This document shows, piece by piece, positions 1-7,873 of a DNA stretch of 64,000 nucleotides. A program made the position numbers and the translations under genes. Numbering within the stretch: the stretch's first letter is position 1; each line of letters begins with the position of its first letter. The notes beneath the pieces are model-generated. The model saw only the letters and a list, made by a program, of their open reading frames with translations, made no database searches and was not told where the DNA came from. This stretch comes from an uncultured delta proteobacterium (GTDB lineage Bacteria > Desulfobacterota > Binatia > UBA9968): NCBI GenBank assembly GCA_963771465.1, contig CAVYTU010000006.1:1-64000 (forward strand), in the 5' to 3' direction.

Positions 1-135
1 TCGCGGCGGCGGAGGAAGCCGCCACCTTCGCCGCGATGCAGGGCAGAATCGGGATCCGATGCAGCGGGGTTTCTCTCCACCGCGCGCGAGTACTGCGATT
101 CCGCGCACCTTCGCGTTCAGCCGGTGCGAAGCGTG

Positions 136-870
136 TCACAACCCGTCATTGAAGTGCGCGACGACCTTCTTGTCTTCATTCATGGAGACGGTGCAGCTGT
201 TCTGGGCGCCACTGCATGCTCCTCCCCATCCGGCGAAGCGCGACGACCCGAAGGGCGTTGCAGTCAGCGTGACCGTGGTCCCGTCTGGATATGCGACTGA
301 GGTACAGTTCCCATGATCTCTGCCGTCAACCCAACAGTCAAACGTCACTAGTGGGAGCTGGATCGGCTCGGGTTGCAAATCGACTCGTCCCGCTGTTAGA
401 AAACACTCATCAGGAGGACACCGGTCAACCTTGTCCGTAAGCAACTCGACAGACAGACGCCACTGGAGAGTGTCTGTCGGGGAACCCGGGTCGGGCGGCT
501 CAGGTGGACCTCCGATGGGCAACGGCGAAGCGATGCACCCGATGTTCGTCACGACATGCAGAATCATTGCTGCAAGGGCGGGCACGGCAGATCCCTGCGC
601 AAAGTCGCTCGCCGTTGTTTGAGCCGACCCGAATGCGTGAGTAGGCGTCCAAGTACTGGTCGCACGACTGAACGAGCAGCCCTGCGTCCACCAGACTGCG
701 CGCGCTATCGAGCTGTTGCCGCAGTGCTTGTAAGCGACGCGTCCCTGATGCCCCCGGCCCCACCCCTTGAAGTGTGCCATTTGTCGCGGAACGATCCAGA
801 TATGCGAGCACAGCGGTACCATCAATGTGGGCCCAGGCATCACTGCGTCTCGCCGTAATAAATGATTGCG
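136..870 (-). pseudogene. Frameshifted, 5'-truncated secreted protein with C-terminal divergent InlB B-repeat domain
   Basis: The 500..1165 ORF frame gives VLAYLDRSATNGTLQGVGPGASGTRRLQALRQQL...CDQYLDAYSRI. The protein continues at ~630 in the 136..876 frame as GSAQTTASDFAQGSAVPALAAMIL...GTTVTLTATPFGSSRFAGWGGACSGAQNSCTVSM, a typical B-repeat signature. The 5' end is not resolvable. Confidence 0.6.
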
Positions 871-912
871 CCCCATAGCGGACGGTTTTCTTAGGACTCG
901 CCAAAATTAATG

Positions 913-954
913 CGTTCAAATCGTTCAAGCCGTTCAAATCGTTCCAGTCGTTTA
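913..954 (+). repeat. Tandem 9-mer repeat (CGTTCAAAT-like, ~4.5 copies)
   Basis: cgttcaaat cgttcaagc cgttcaaat cgttccagt cgttta, read directly. Confidence 0.85.
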
Positions 955-973
955 GGATTCGGAGAAAGAAGTA

Positions 974-1144
974 ATGGCCAGACAGTACAAAATCATTTCC
1001 GGTGATTCCCATCTCGACATTCGTCCTGAGCGCTGGACAGCGCGGGTGCCCAAGCGGTGGCGCGAGCGGGCGCCGCGTACGGTGATTCTCGCCAACGGCA
1101 ATGAAGGCATTCTCGTCGAGAATCGTCCGCCGTTCGATAAGTGA
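974..1144 (+). pseudogene. N-terminal fragment (56 aa) of an amidohydrolase, paralog of 5796..6941
   Basis: GGAG RBS at 961. It translates to MARQYKIISGDSHLDIRPERWTARVPKRWRERAPRTVILANGNEGILVENRPPFDK*, which aligns to MANKYRLFSADSHLEISPERWTERVPAKYRDRAPRLVKLANGGDGIIIEGRP. Not in the ORF track. Confidence 0.85.
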
Positions 1145-1151
1145 GGAGTTA

Positions 1152-1826
1152 GTGAACGAGTTCATCAGTGAGGATGATCTTAAAACGTTCGACGGATGGC
1201 TGAGGTATCAAGGTGTCGATGCGTCGATGATGACGGGGGAGCAGTTGGCGAGCTGGGAGGGCATCTTCGAGGACGCCAGCAAGCGCCGTGCAGCGAATCC
1301 CAAGGTCGGCCTGATGAAGCTCCAGCCGGTCCCTGGCGAGTTTAAGTACGCAGTAGCGATCAGGGAAGGTGCTGATCTGTGGCTCGTTCTGTGGGTTCGG
1401 CGTTCGGTAAAGGGCGAGTTTTTTGTCATGAGGCCGATGGGTGATCGGGAATGGAACCCGCACACAAGCTATCACCTCGATGGCACCCGGCATATGAAGA
1501 GTCATGGCCGCAAGAGTCTTCCACCGCAGAAATTCCAGCCCTTAACCGGCCTGTTTCGTGGAACTGTTGACCTCGGAATCGAGAGTGGCCATGCGCCGAA
1601 GGGCGTTGGAGCAATCTGTGATCCGGCGGCGTTCTCCGGCGTTGTCGAAGTTCCATCTGGTGTCCTGGGACCGCGGCATGGCGCTGTCGGAGTGTTTCTA
1701 GTGGAGCCAGGTCATGAACCGCCAGACTACACGTGGGGGTATGAGGTAGTCATTCAAACGGTCTTTCGTGACGTGTCGCCACATGTTGTAATTACAGTGC
1801 TGCGTCATAAAAATTTTCACGCGTGA
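1152..1826 (+). CDS. Hypothetical protein (~224 aa)
   Basis: GAGGAG RBS followed by GTG at 1152 within ORF 1101..1826. Globular-looking composition with a WNPHTSYHLDGTRHMKSH motif; no recognised family. Confidence 0.7.
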   Translation: MNEFISEDDLKTFDGWLRYQGVDASMMTGEQLASWEGIFEDASKRRAANPKVGLMKLQPVPGEFKYAVAIREGADLWLVLWVRRSVKGEFFVMRPMGDREWNPHTSYHLDGTRHMKSHGRKSLPPQKFQPLTGLFRGTVDLGIESGHAPKGVGAICDPAAFSGVVEVPSGVLGPRHGAVGVFLVEPGHEPPDYTWGYEVVIQTVFRDVSPHVVITVLRHKNFHA

Positions 1827-1891
1827 CGAGATTCCATGATCGCCGCTATACGCAAGAAAGAGCACCGACCTTCAAAGCCGCGGCGCCGAAC

Positions 1892-2019
1892 GAATCCAGT
1901 GTCAGTGTTGTTTCGCTTTCCCGGCGAGCATTCGATTGCGCCACATGGAGATGGCCGGTGTCTTTGAGCGCTTTCCCAAACTGAATATTTATCGGGCTGA
2001 GAGTCAGTGCGACTGGCTT
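1892..2019 (+). pseudogene. Degraded internal amidohydrolase fragment
   Basis: From 1951: MAGVFERFPKLNIYRAESQCDWL, versus LSGVFDRLPKLKIYWAETQVGWL in 5796..6941. Upstream, in another frame, NPVSVLFRF versus DPIRVLTRF. Confidence 0.75.
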
Positions 2020-2225
2020 TGGGTGTTGGTCCACGCCGCCAAAGATTTTCCGTTCCATTGATACTGGCGTCGGTGGACAGCGTCGTGGTCGCCAACGTGA
2101 TCTACGAATCGTTTATCGGCGGCCACTTCAATGCATCGGCGGCGATGTTGGTGGTGCTGGTCACATTCAACTTGATCTTCGTCATCGCTGGGCGGAAATG
2201 GATCGGGCGCGCGTTGGCGCAATAG
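2014..2225 (+). pseudogene. C-terminal fragment of an ABC transporter permease (Fe3+/FbpB-like), frameshifted
   Basis: WLWVLVHAAKDF, then one base missing in the T-run at 2046-2049, then SVPLILASVDSVVVANVIYESFIGGHFNASAAMLVVLVTF. This resembles the last TM segments of FbpB-type permeases. Confidence 0.55.
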
Positions 2226-2243
2226 CGCCGCGGGATTGCAGCG

Positions 2244-2316
2244 CGTAGCCTGAATGAAGTGAAACGGAATCCAGGGGCTTCGTTCCGGATTGTGCTGATG
2301 CTCCAGCCGGGCTACG
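2244..2316. repeat. GTAG-family REP-like palindromic element
   Basis: Inverted ends CGTAGCC...GGCTACG with internal GGAATCC/GGATT arms, lying between convergent genes. Confidence 0.65.
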
Positions 2317-2317
2317 A

Positions 2318-3340
2318 CTAACCCAGTTCCTCCCGATCCAATCCCGTCATTTCCAACAGTGGCCTGTCAGTGAACGAAAATAGTATCGCCGGCTCGGTTT
2401 GGGATAGATTTTTATGCGCGTGCCAGCGCCAGGATGGGACGGTGAAGCTGTCGTGTTCGTCCCAGCGCAATTCCACCTGATTATTTTTGTCCACCATGGT
2501 GACGCCGCGGCCTTGGACGGTGTGATACATGGCCGTGCCGGTGTGACGATGGAAGCGAGTCTCTTGTCCGGGTTGAAGCATCTGGAGGTAACAAGTCATC
2601 GTCAGAAACGTATGGCCGCCGTCGATGGGATTCTTGTATTCGATATAGAGACCATCGTAGGGATCGGTGATGGATTGCGCGCTAAGCTCTTTCAGCGTTT
2701 CGAGCGCTTCATTCCATTTGTAGTGGTAGGGCACGCCGGCGGCGCCTTCGTAGTCGACCTTCGGTTGGCGCGCCGGGCCGTAGAGGCGGCGCGCGGTGCC
2801 ATTGGCCTTCGTTAGCGGCTGCTGTTTTCCCTCGACCCATTCTTCACGGAAGATCGAGGCGTCGAGAAAACTGACGACGCCGGCGTCGAGCGCGTCGATC
2901 CAGATGATCGGTTCTTTGGAATTATTCACATGATCGTGCCACACCCAGTTGGGCTGGATGAGCAAATCGCCAGGTTCCATCACCATCGGCTCGCCGTTCG
3001 ATGTCGTGTACGCGCCGCCGCCTTTGACGACGAAGCGGAGCGCAGTGTTGGTGTGGCGGTGCGCTGCCGCAGCTTCGCCGGGAAGCACGATTTGAAATCC
3101 CATCGCCAGCGTTTTACTGCCGGTTTCTAGGCCGACGTTGCGGCGAAACGCGTCCGGGCCGATGCGAATGACTTCCGTCGTTTCCATTAGGACCGGAAGA
3201 ATCTCTCGCCAACGCCAAAGCTTGGGCTCCATGCGCTGAATGCGGCGATCACTCTGCCAGTAACCGCGCAGGCCCAGCTCGGCGAATTGTTTGTGCAGGT
3301 GTTCGCGATTTCGCGGTTCGTCTGTGGCTGGTTTAGACAT
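2318..3340 (-). CDS. Gentisate 1,2-dioxygenase-like bicupin ring-cleavage dioxygenase
   Basis: AHRHTNTALRFVVKGGGAYTT...GDLLIQPNWVWHDHVN and a second cupin FHRHTG...PSWRWHAH; EYKNPIDGG motif. Confidence 0.85.
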   Translation of the reverse strand: MSKPATDEPRNREHLHKQFAELGLRGYWQSDRRIQRMEPKLWRWREILPVLMETTEVIRIGPDAFRRNVGLETGSKTLAMGFQIVLPGEAAAAHRHTNTALRFVVKGGGAYTTSNGEPMVMEPGDLLIQPNWVWHDHVNNSKEPIIWIDALDAGVVSFLDASIFREEWVEGKQQPLTKANGTARRLYGPARQPKVDYEGAAGVPYHYKWNEALETLKELSAQSITDPYDGLYIEYKNPIDGGHTFLTMTCYLQMLQPGQETRFHRHTGTAMYHTVQGRGVTMVDKNNQVELRWDEHDSFTVPSWRWHAHKNLSQTEPAILFSFTDRPLLEMTGLDREELG

Positions 3341-3472
3341 GGAATTCCTCCATCGTCGATTTGACTAACGAGTTTGTATCAAATTCATCGAAGCAGGCGC
3401 AACTTGGACTTTACAAGCGGAAGGGTTTCCCGCTATGTGTTTAGACAGTATTCCCCACTCAGGAGGTTCGTT

Positions 3473-4447
3473 ATGGTTACGGCGAAAGACGTGCAAGGCG
3501 TGATGGCGATGATGCCGTCGTTTTCAACCAAGGATGCGGGCGATTTAAATTCTAAAAATACTATTGACGTGGATAACCTCAAAGCCGGCGTCGACCGTAT
3601 GATCCATGACGGAATTGACGTGATCACCGTGTCGGGCAGCTTCGGCGAGTGTTACAACCTGCATTGGGACGAATACAAAACTTTGGCGGCGGCGAGCGTC
3701 GATGCGGTAAAAAAGCGCGTGCCGCTGTTCATCGGCGCGACCAGCCCCAACGCGCGCGAAGTCGTCGAGCGGCTCAAGTTCGTGCAAGACATCGGCGGCG
3801 ACGGCACTTTGCTCGGCGTTCCTTATTACGACGCGCAGTCGCCGGAATACATGGCCGACTTCTACACCCAGATCGCCGAGATGTTTCCCAAGCTGGGCTT
3901 TTTGATTTACCACAATCCGGTCAATCACAAAGTCAAAATTCCGGTTTCGATATTCCCTCGGCTGGTCAAATGCCCCAACATCATCGGCATGAAAGACAGC
4001 CATCGCGACACGCGCGAGTTTATCCGACTGATGGAAATCATCCGCGGCAAGATCAGCGTGATGACCAATCAGGCGCAGATGATACCTTATTACCGCATGG
4101 GATCTTCGGGCTGCTGGTCGATCGACTCATGGATGGGGCCGTGGCCGGTGCTGCATCTGAGAAATCTCTGCCGCGCAGGAAAAGATCAGGACGCGTTGCA
4201 AGTGATCAGCGAAATCATGGCCGCCGCCGGCGGCGAGCGGCCGGGCGGTAACGAAGGAGCAACCGCGAAGCTGCCGATCGAATTCGCCGGCTATGTCAAT
4301 CCAGGACCAGCGCGCACGCCGATCATTAAATTCTCCGATACGACGATCGAGCGCGCCAAGAAAAAAGCCGATGGCTGGAAAGCCTTGTGCGCCAAGTATC
4401 GGCCGCTGGTGGAAGCGGAGCGAGCGCAGGTGAAGGCGGCGTCGTAG
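3473..4447 (+). CDS. DHDPS-family aldolase, NahE (o-hydroxybenzylidenepyruvate hydratase-aldolase)-like
   Basis: AGGAGG RBS. The N-terminus MVTAKDVQGVMAMMP and the GSFGEC, YHNP, GMKDS (Schiff-base Lys) and CWSID-MGPWP motifs are as in NahE-type enzymes. Confidence 0.8.
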   Translation: MVTAKDVQGVMAMMPSFSTKDAGDLNSKNTIDVDNLKAGVDRMIHDGIDVITVSGSFGECYNLHWDEYKTLAAASVDAVKKRVPLFIGATSPNAREVVERLKFVQDIGGDGTLLGVPYYDAQSPEYMADFYTQIAEMFPKLGFLIYHNPVNHKVKIPVSIFPRLVKCPNIIGMKDSHRDTREFIRLMEIIRGKISVMTNQAQMIPYYRMGSSGCWSIDSWMGPWPVLHLRNLCRAGKDQDALQVISEIMAAAGGERPGGNEGATAKLPIEFAGYVNPGPARTPIIKFSDTTIERAKKKADGWKALCAKYRPLVEAERAQVKAAS

Positions 4448-4450
4448 GAA

Positions 4451-4480
4451 AGTGCTGAGTAACGAGTACTGAGTGCTGAG
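4451..4480 (+). repeat. Tandem heptamer repeat (AGTGCTG-like x4)
   Basis: agtgctg agtaacg agtactg agtgctg ag, immediately after a stop codon. Confidence 0.8.
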
Positions 4481-4546
4481 ATAGGATTCGCGGCTAGCTC
4501 TGAGTCACGTTGCTCAATACAATGACGTGATCATGGGGAGAAAACT

Positions 4547-5734
4547 GTGAGCTCTGTTCCGCTAATTCCCAAACAGGCGGCGATTGCGGTCGCCGATATG
4601 ATCGACAATTGTGCCAAGGTGAAGCCGGGGATGAACGTGCTTCTCGTCGCCGGCAACGACGGCATGTACGGCGGTATTAATATCGTCGAATCGGAAGTCA
4701 TCGCTTGGCTGCATTCGGCCATCGTCCAGCGCGGCGCCGATGCGACGGTGCTTTGGTGCGACATTCCATTTCGTCCAACGGTGTTGTGGGGCGACGGCGC
4801 CGATCCGGGCAAGGCTTGGCGCGTGCCGAAGATTGTCGCCGCCGCCATGAAAGGCGCCGACTGTATCATTAGCAACGCAGTCGATCTGACTTTTGAAGAA
4901 GAGCTGCGCGAAACCGCCGACATACTCGAAGAACATAATATTCCGTACGCTCGCAACATGGCGACGACGGGATCGCTATTGACGAGCAACTGGGGTCTCA
5001 CGCCCTACGAGTTGGTGTCTGAGATCCGCTTGCAAGCATGCGCGCTAGCGGTTCCCGGCGCCAAGTGGACGATGACGCATCCCAACGGTTCGCACATCGA
5101 AGGCTACGTGGTAAAGCCCGACGACACGGATGACTATGGCCATTATCGCGACATTGGCGTCTACCGGCCTTTCCCCGAAGGCGTGTGGTCGTCGATCAAG
5201 GCGCGCGACGCCGAGGGCGTCGGCATCATCAACGAGATCGGTGTCATCTGGGCGCGCCACATCGGCGTGCCGTGTCCGTTCAAACAGCCGGTGAAAGTGT
5301 TCATCGAAAAAGGCCAGATCAAAAAATTCGAAGGCGGCGCCGAAGCCGAGACGTTGACGCGCTTTTACCAATTTATCGCAAAGTATTTGGGCGACGCCGC
5401 CTACGAAGTGCGCGGCTTTCACGGCGGCGTGCATCCCTCGGCGATCTTGGAGCCGCACCAATGCCCCAACGCGCCCTATCGCCATTTCATCGAGCACCAT
5501 CACTGGAGCAGCTTTCACTTTCATATGGGCAACAGCCGGCGCAGCAAGACGTTTCCTTACTTGATGCATATCTCCGCCGAACTGCGCGGCGGCGATCTCA
5601 AGATCGGCGAGAACTATGTTTACAAAGACGGGAGAATTACCTCCGCTGATCATCCGAAAGTGCGGGCCATAGCCGAGAAGTATAGAGACCGACCGGGTCT
5701 GGAACCGGAGAAGTGGTTGCAGACGCCGAGGTGA
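4547..5734 (+). CDS. Uncharacterised protein, possibly M29 aminopeptidase / NicX-like fold
   Basis: GTG start with GGAG RBS. CAKVKPGMNVLLV N-terminus, FPEG, VFIEKGQIKKFEGGAEA and His motifs FHGGVHP, HFHMGN and MHISAE. Confidence 0.6.
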   Translation: MSSVPLIPKQAAIAVADMIDNCAKVKPGMNVLLVAGNDGMYGGINIVESEVIAWLHSAIVQRGADATVLWCDIPFRPTVLWGDGADPGKAWRVPKIVAAAMKGADCIISNAVDLTFEEELRETADILEEHNIPYARNMATTGSLLTSNWGLTPYELVSEIRLQACALAVPGAKWTMTHPNGSHIEGYVVKPDDTDDYGHYRDIGVYRPFPEGVWSSIKARDAEGVGIINEIGVIWARHIGVPCPFKQPVKVFIEKGQIKKFEGGAEAETLTRFYQFIAKYLGDAAYEVRGFHGGVHPSAILEPHQCPNAPYRHFIEHHHWSSFHFHMGNSRRSKTFPYLMHISAELRGGDLKIGENYVYKDGRITSADHPKVRAIAEKYRDRPGLEPEKWLQTPR

Positions 5735-5739
5735 GATTT

Positions 5740-5771
5740 GTTCAAAGTTCAAGGTTCAAAGGTGCAAGGTT
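5740..5771 (+). repeat. Tandem heptamer repeat (GTTCAAR x~4)
   Basis: gttcaaa gttcaag gttcaaa g gtgcaag gtt. Confidence 0.8.
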
Positions 5772-5795
5772 GTTTCGGATCGATTGGAAGAGCTC

Positions 5796-6941
5796 ATGGC
5801 AAATAAGTATCGACTGTTTTCCGCTGATTCGCATTTAGAGATTTCACCGGAGCGTTGGACCGAGCGCGTGCCGGCGAAGTATCGCGACCGGGCGCCGCGC
5901 TTGGTGAAGCTCGCCAATGGCGGCGATGGGATTATTATCGAAGGACGGCCGCTTTACGTGGTCGGGCTCGCGATCGCTGGGAAGCCTTATGAGCGTCATG
6001 AGCTCTCGGGCGTGAACTACGAAGGCTCGGAGGGAACCGGTGCACCACAACAGCGCTTGCAAGAACAAGATCAAGACGGCGTCGATGGCGAGATTCTTTA
6101 CACTTCAGCCGGGAACTTGAGTTTTTGGCGCGGCATCAAAAATGACGATGCATATCTTGCAACCATTCACGCATACAACACATTCTTGGCCGAAGAATAC
6201 TGCGCAGCGAATCGCGACCGGTTGATCGCATTGGGCGCGCTGCCGACTCATTCGGTCGACGCGGCAGTGAAGGAACTCGAGTACTGCGCCAAGGCCGGCT
6301 TGAAGGGCATGATGCTCAACACTTTTCCGAGCGGCAAGTCCTATCCTACGGCGGAAGACGATCGTTTCTACGCCGCGGCGTTGGATTTGAACATGCCTTT
6401 GTCGGTGCATGTCTCGATGCAACTCCCCGACGGGCCATTGTTCAAATACGACAAAGATCCCGGCGAAGTCGCTTTCGGTGGCGATCCGATCCGGGTGCTG
6501 ACTCGTTTCGGCGGTAACAGCGGACTCAACGCAGTCCAGTTGCTGTTGTCCGGCGTCTTCGACCGCTTGCCAAAACTAAAAATCTACTGGGCGGAAACCC
6601 AGGTCGGCTGGTTGCCCTATTTTTGCGACCAACTCGATGACGTCTACAAACGCAGCAAGCATTGGATGGAGCGCTACTTCGATTTAAAGCCCTTGAAGAA
6701 ACAACCGAGCGATTATTTTCCCGAACATTTTTGCTGGGGGTTCATCTACGACCGCATCGGCATGCGCCTGCGTTATGATATCGGGGTCGACAAAATCATG
6801 TGGGGCAACGATTTTCCTCACTCCGCCGGCGACTGGCCGAACTCTCGTCGCGTGATCGACGACCTTTTCTCCGGCGTGCCGCAGGATGAAAAGCAGAAAA
6901 TGCTGGCCGACAATGCGGTTCAATTCTTTCACTTGCAGTGA
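5796..6941 (+). CDS. Amidohydrolase family protein (Amidohydro_2; decarboxylase/hydratase type)
   Basis: SADSH, SVH, SGVFDRLPKLKIYWAE and WGNDFPH motifs. Confidence 0.9.
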   Translation: MANKYRLFSADSHLEISPERWTERVPAKYRDRAPRLVKLANGGDGIIIEGRPLYVVGLAIAGKPYERHELSGVNYEGSEGTGAPQQRLQEQDQDGVDGEILYTSAGNLSFWRGIKNDDAYLATIHAYNTFLAEEYCAANRDRLIALGALPTHSVDAAVKELEYCAKAGLKGMMLNTFPSGKSYPTAEDDRFYAAALDLNMPLSVHVSMQLPDGPLFKYDKDPGEVAFGGDPIRVLTRFGGNSGLNAVQLLLSGVFDRLPKLKIYWAETQVGWLPYFCDQLDDVYKRSKHWMERYFDLKPLKKQPSDYFPEHFCWGFIYDRIGMRLRYDIGVDKIMWGNDFPHSAGDWPNSRRVIDDLFSGVPQDEKQKMLADNAVQFFHLQ

Positions 6942-7002
6942 GCCAAGGCGGCCGTTAACCGCTTTCGCCGCTCGTGCTCTGAAGCAGAGTGTTACTGGTT
7001 CG

Positions 7003-7825
7003 TTAGTCGTAGCTCGTGGCGCCGCGGGGTTGGAGCACTCGGATCTCGGTCAGTAGCGGCAGGGCTTCCTTGCTTACGACGAGGGTGTCGGTTTTCAAGA
7101 CCTGCGCTTTCATGCCGCTGCATCAATTGCTGCACTAAAAACATGCGGTCGCGATAGTGCATCGGAATCGCGATCTTGGGTTTGAGCTGGGCCAAAACTT
7201 CCCGCGCCAGGTCCGGCCCCATGGTGGCGCCGCCGCCGATCGGGGTGAGCGCGATGTCGATTTTGCCGAAGGCTTTGATCTGCTGCTCGGTTAGTTTCTG
7301 GCTCAAATCGCCGAGATGGGCGATGCACAGGGTGCCCAGATCGAAGACGAAAGCCGAGCCGTGAATGCGCTCGATGTAGGCGGCGTTTTGATGGATCGGC
7401 ACGTTGTAAATCAAGACATCCTTGACGGTGGTGGCGACCGTGTTCCACCCCGCGCCATAATTCTTGAGGCCGCGCAGCACTAACGGATTGCCTCCCACGA
7501 TATGAACCGCGTTGTGATTGAAAGTCTCCTTGCCGACGGTGACCGCGTCCGCCGTCACGTTCGGAGTGGGATACCATCCCGGGCCCAACGGATCGGTGGC
7601 GATGCGCGTGCCCTTACCGGTGGTGATCAGAAAATAATTGTGGCCGAAGTACTGAATCGTCGCATCGACGTTGGCGGCGTAGGCGAGCGAGGTGAAGCCG
7701 CGCCGCGCCACGTCAAGATCGCGGCAGGCCGATTGCGCTGGCGCCGCTAGCAGCGCCAGCGTGGCTGCAACGAGCAGGGTGCTTGGCAGGGCTGCCCGCA
7801 TCCACTTCAGTAATCGCTGCGTCAT
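7003..7825 (-). CDS. Exported metallo-beta-lactamase-fold protein; apparent frameshift near 7120
   Basis: Signal peptide, YFGHNYFLI, IAHLGDL and AIPMHY motifs. A family-like tail (SGMKAQVLKTDTLVVSKEALPLLTEIRVL...) lies in another frame ending at 7003. Confidence 0.7.
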
Positions 7826-7873
7826 GGATTCATTTCCAGGAAGCGCTCGGAGCCGAACCGTGAGAATAATATT

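Noticed and set aside
1-36. GC-rich inverted repeat at the window start
   Set aside because: Truncated context and high GC make a chance hairpin likely; no RNA family recognised.
913-954. Possible CRISPR array at the tandem repeats (also 4451, 5740)
   Set aside because: Units are 7-9 nt with no spacers, and there are no cas genes.
1101-1151. ORF-track start of the 241-aa ORF
   Set aside because: This DNA encodes the amidohydrolase fragment in another frame; the RBS supports GTG at 1152.
1140-1840. Integron cassette or IS explanation for the inserted ORF
   Set aside because: No attC-like palindrome, terminal inverted repeats, target duplication, integrase or transposase seen.
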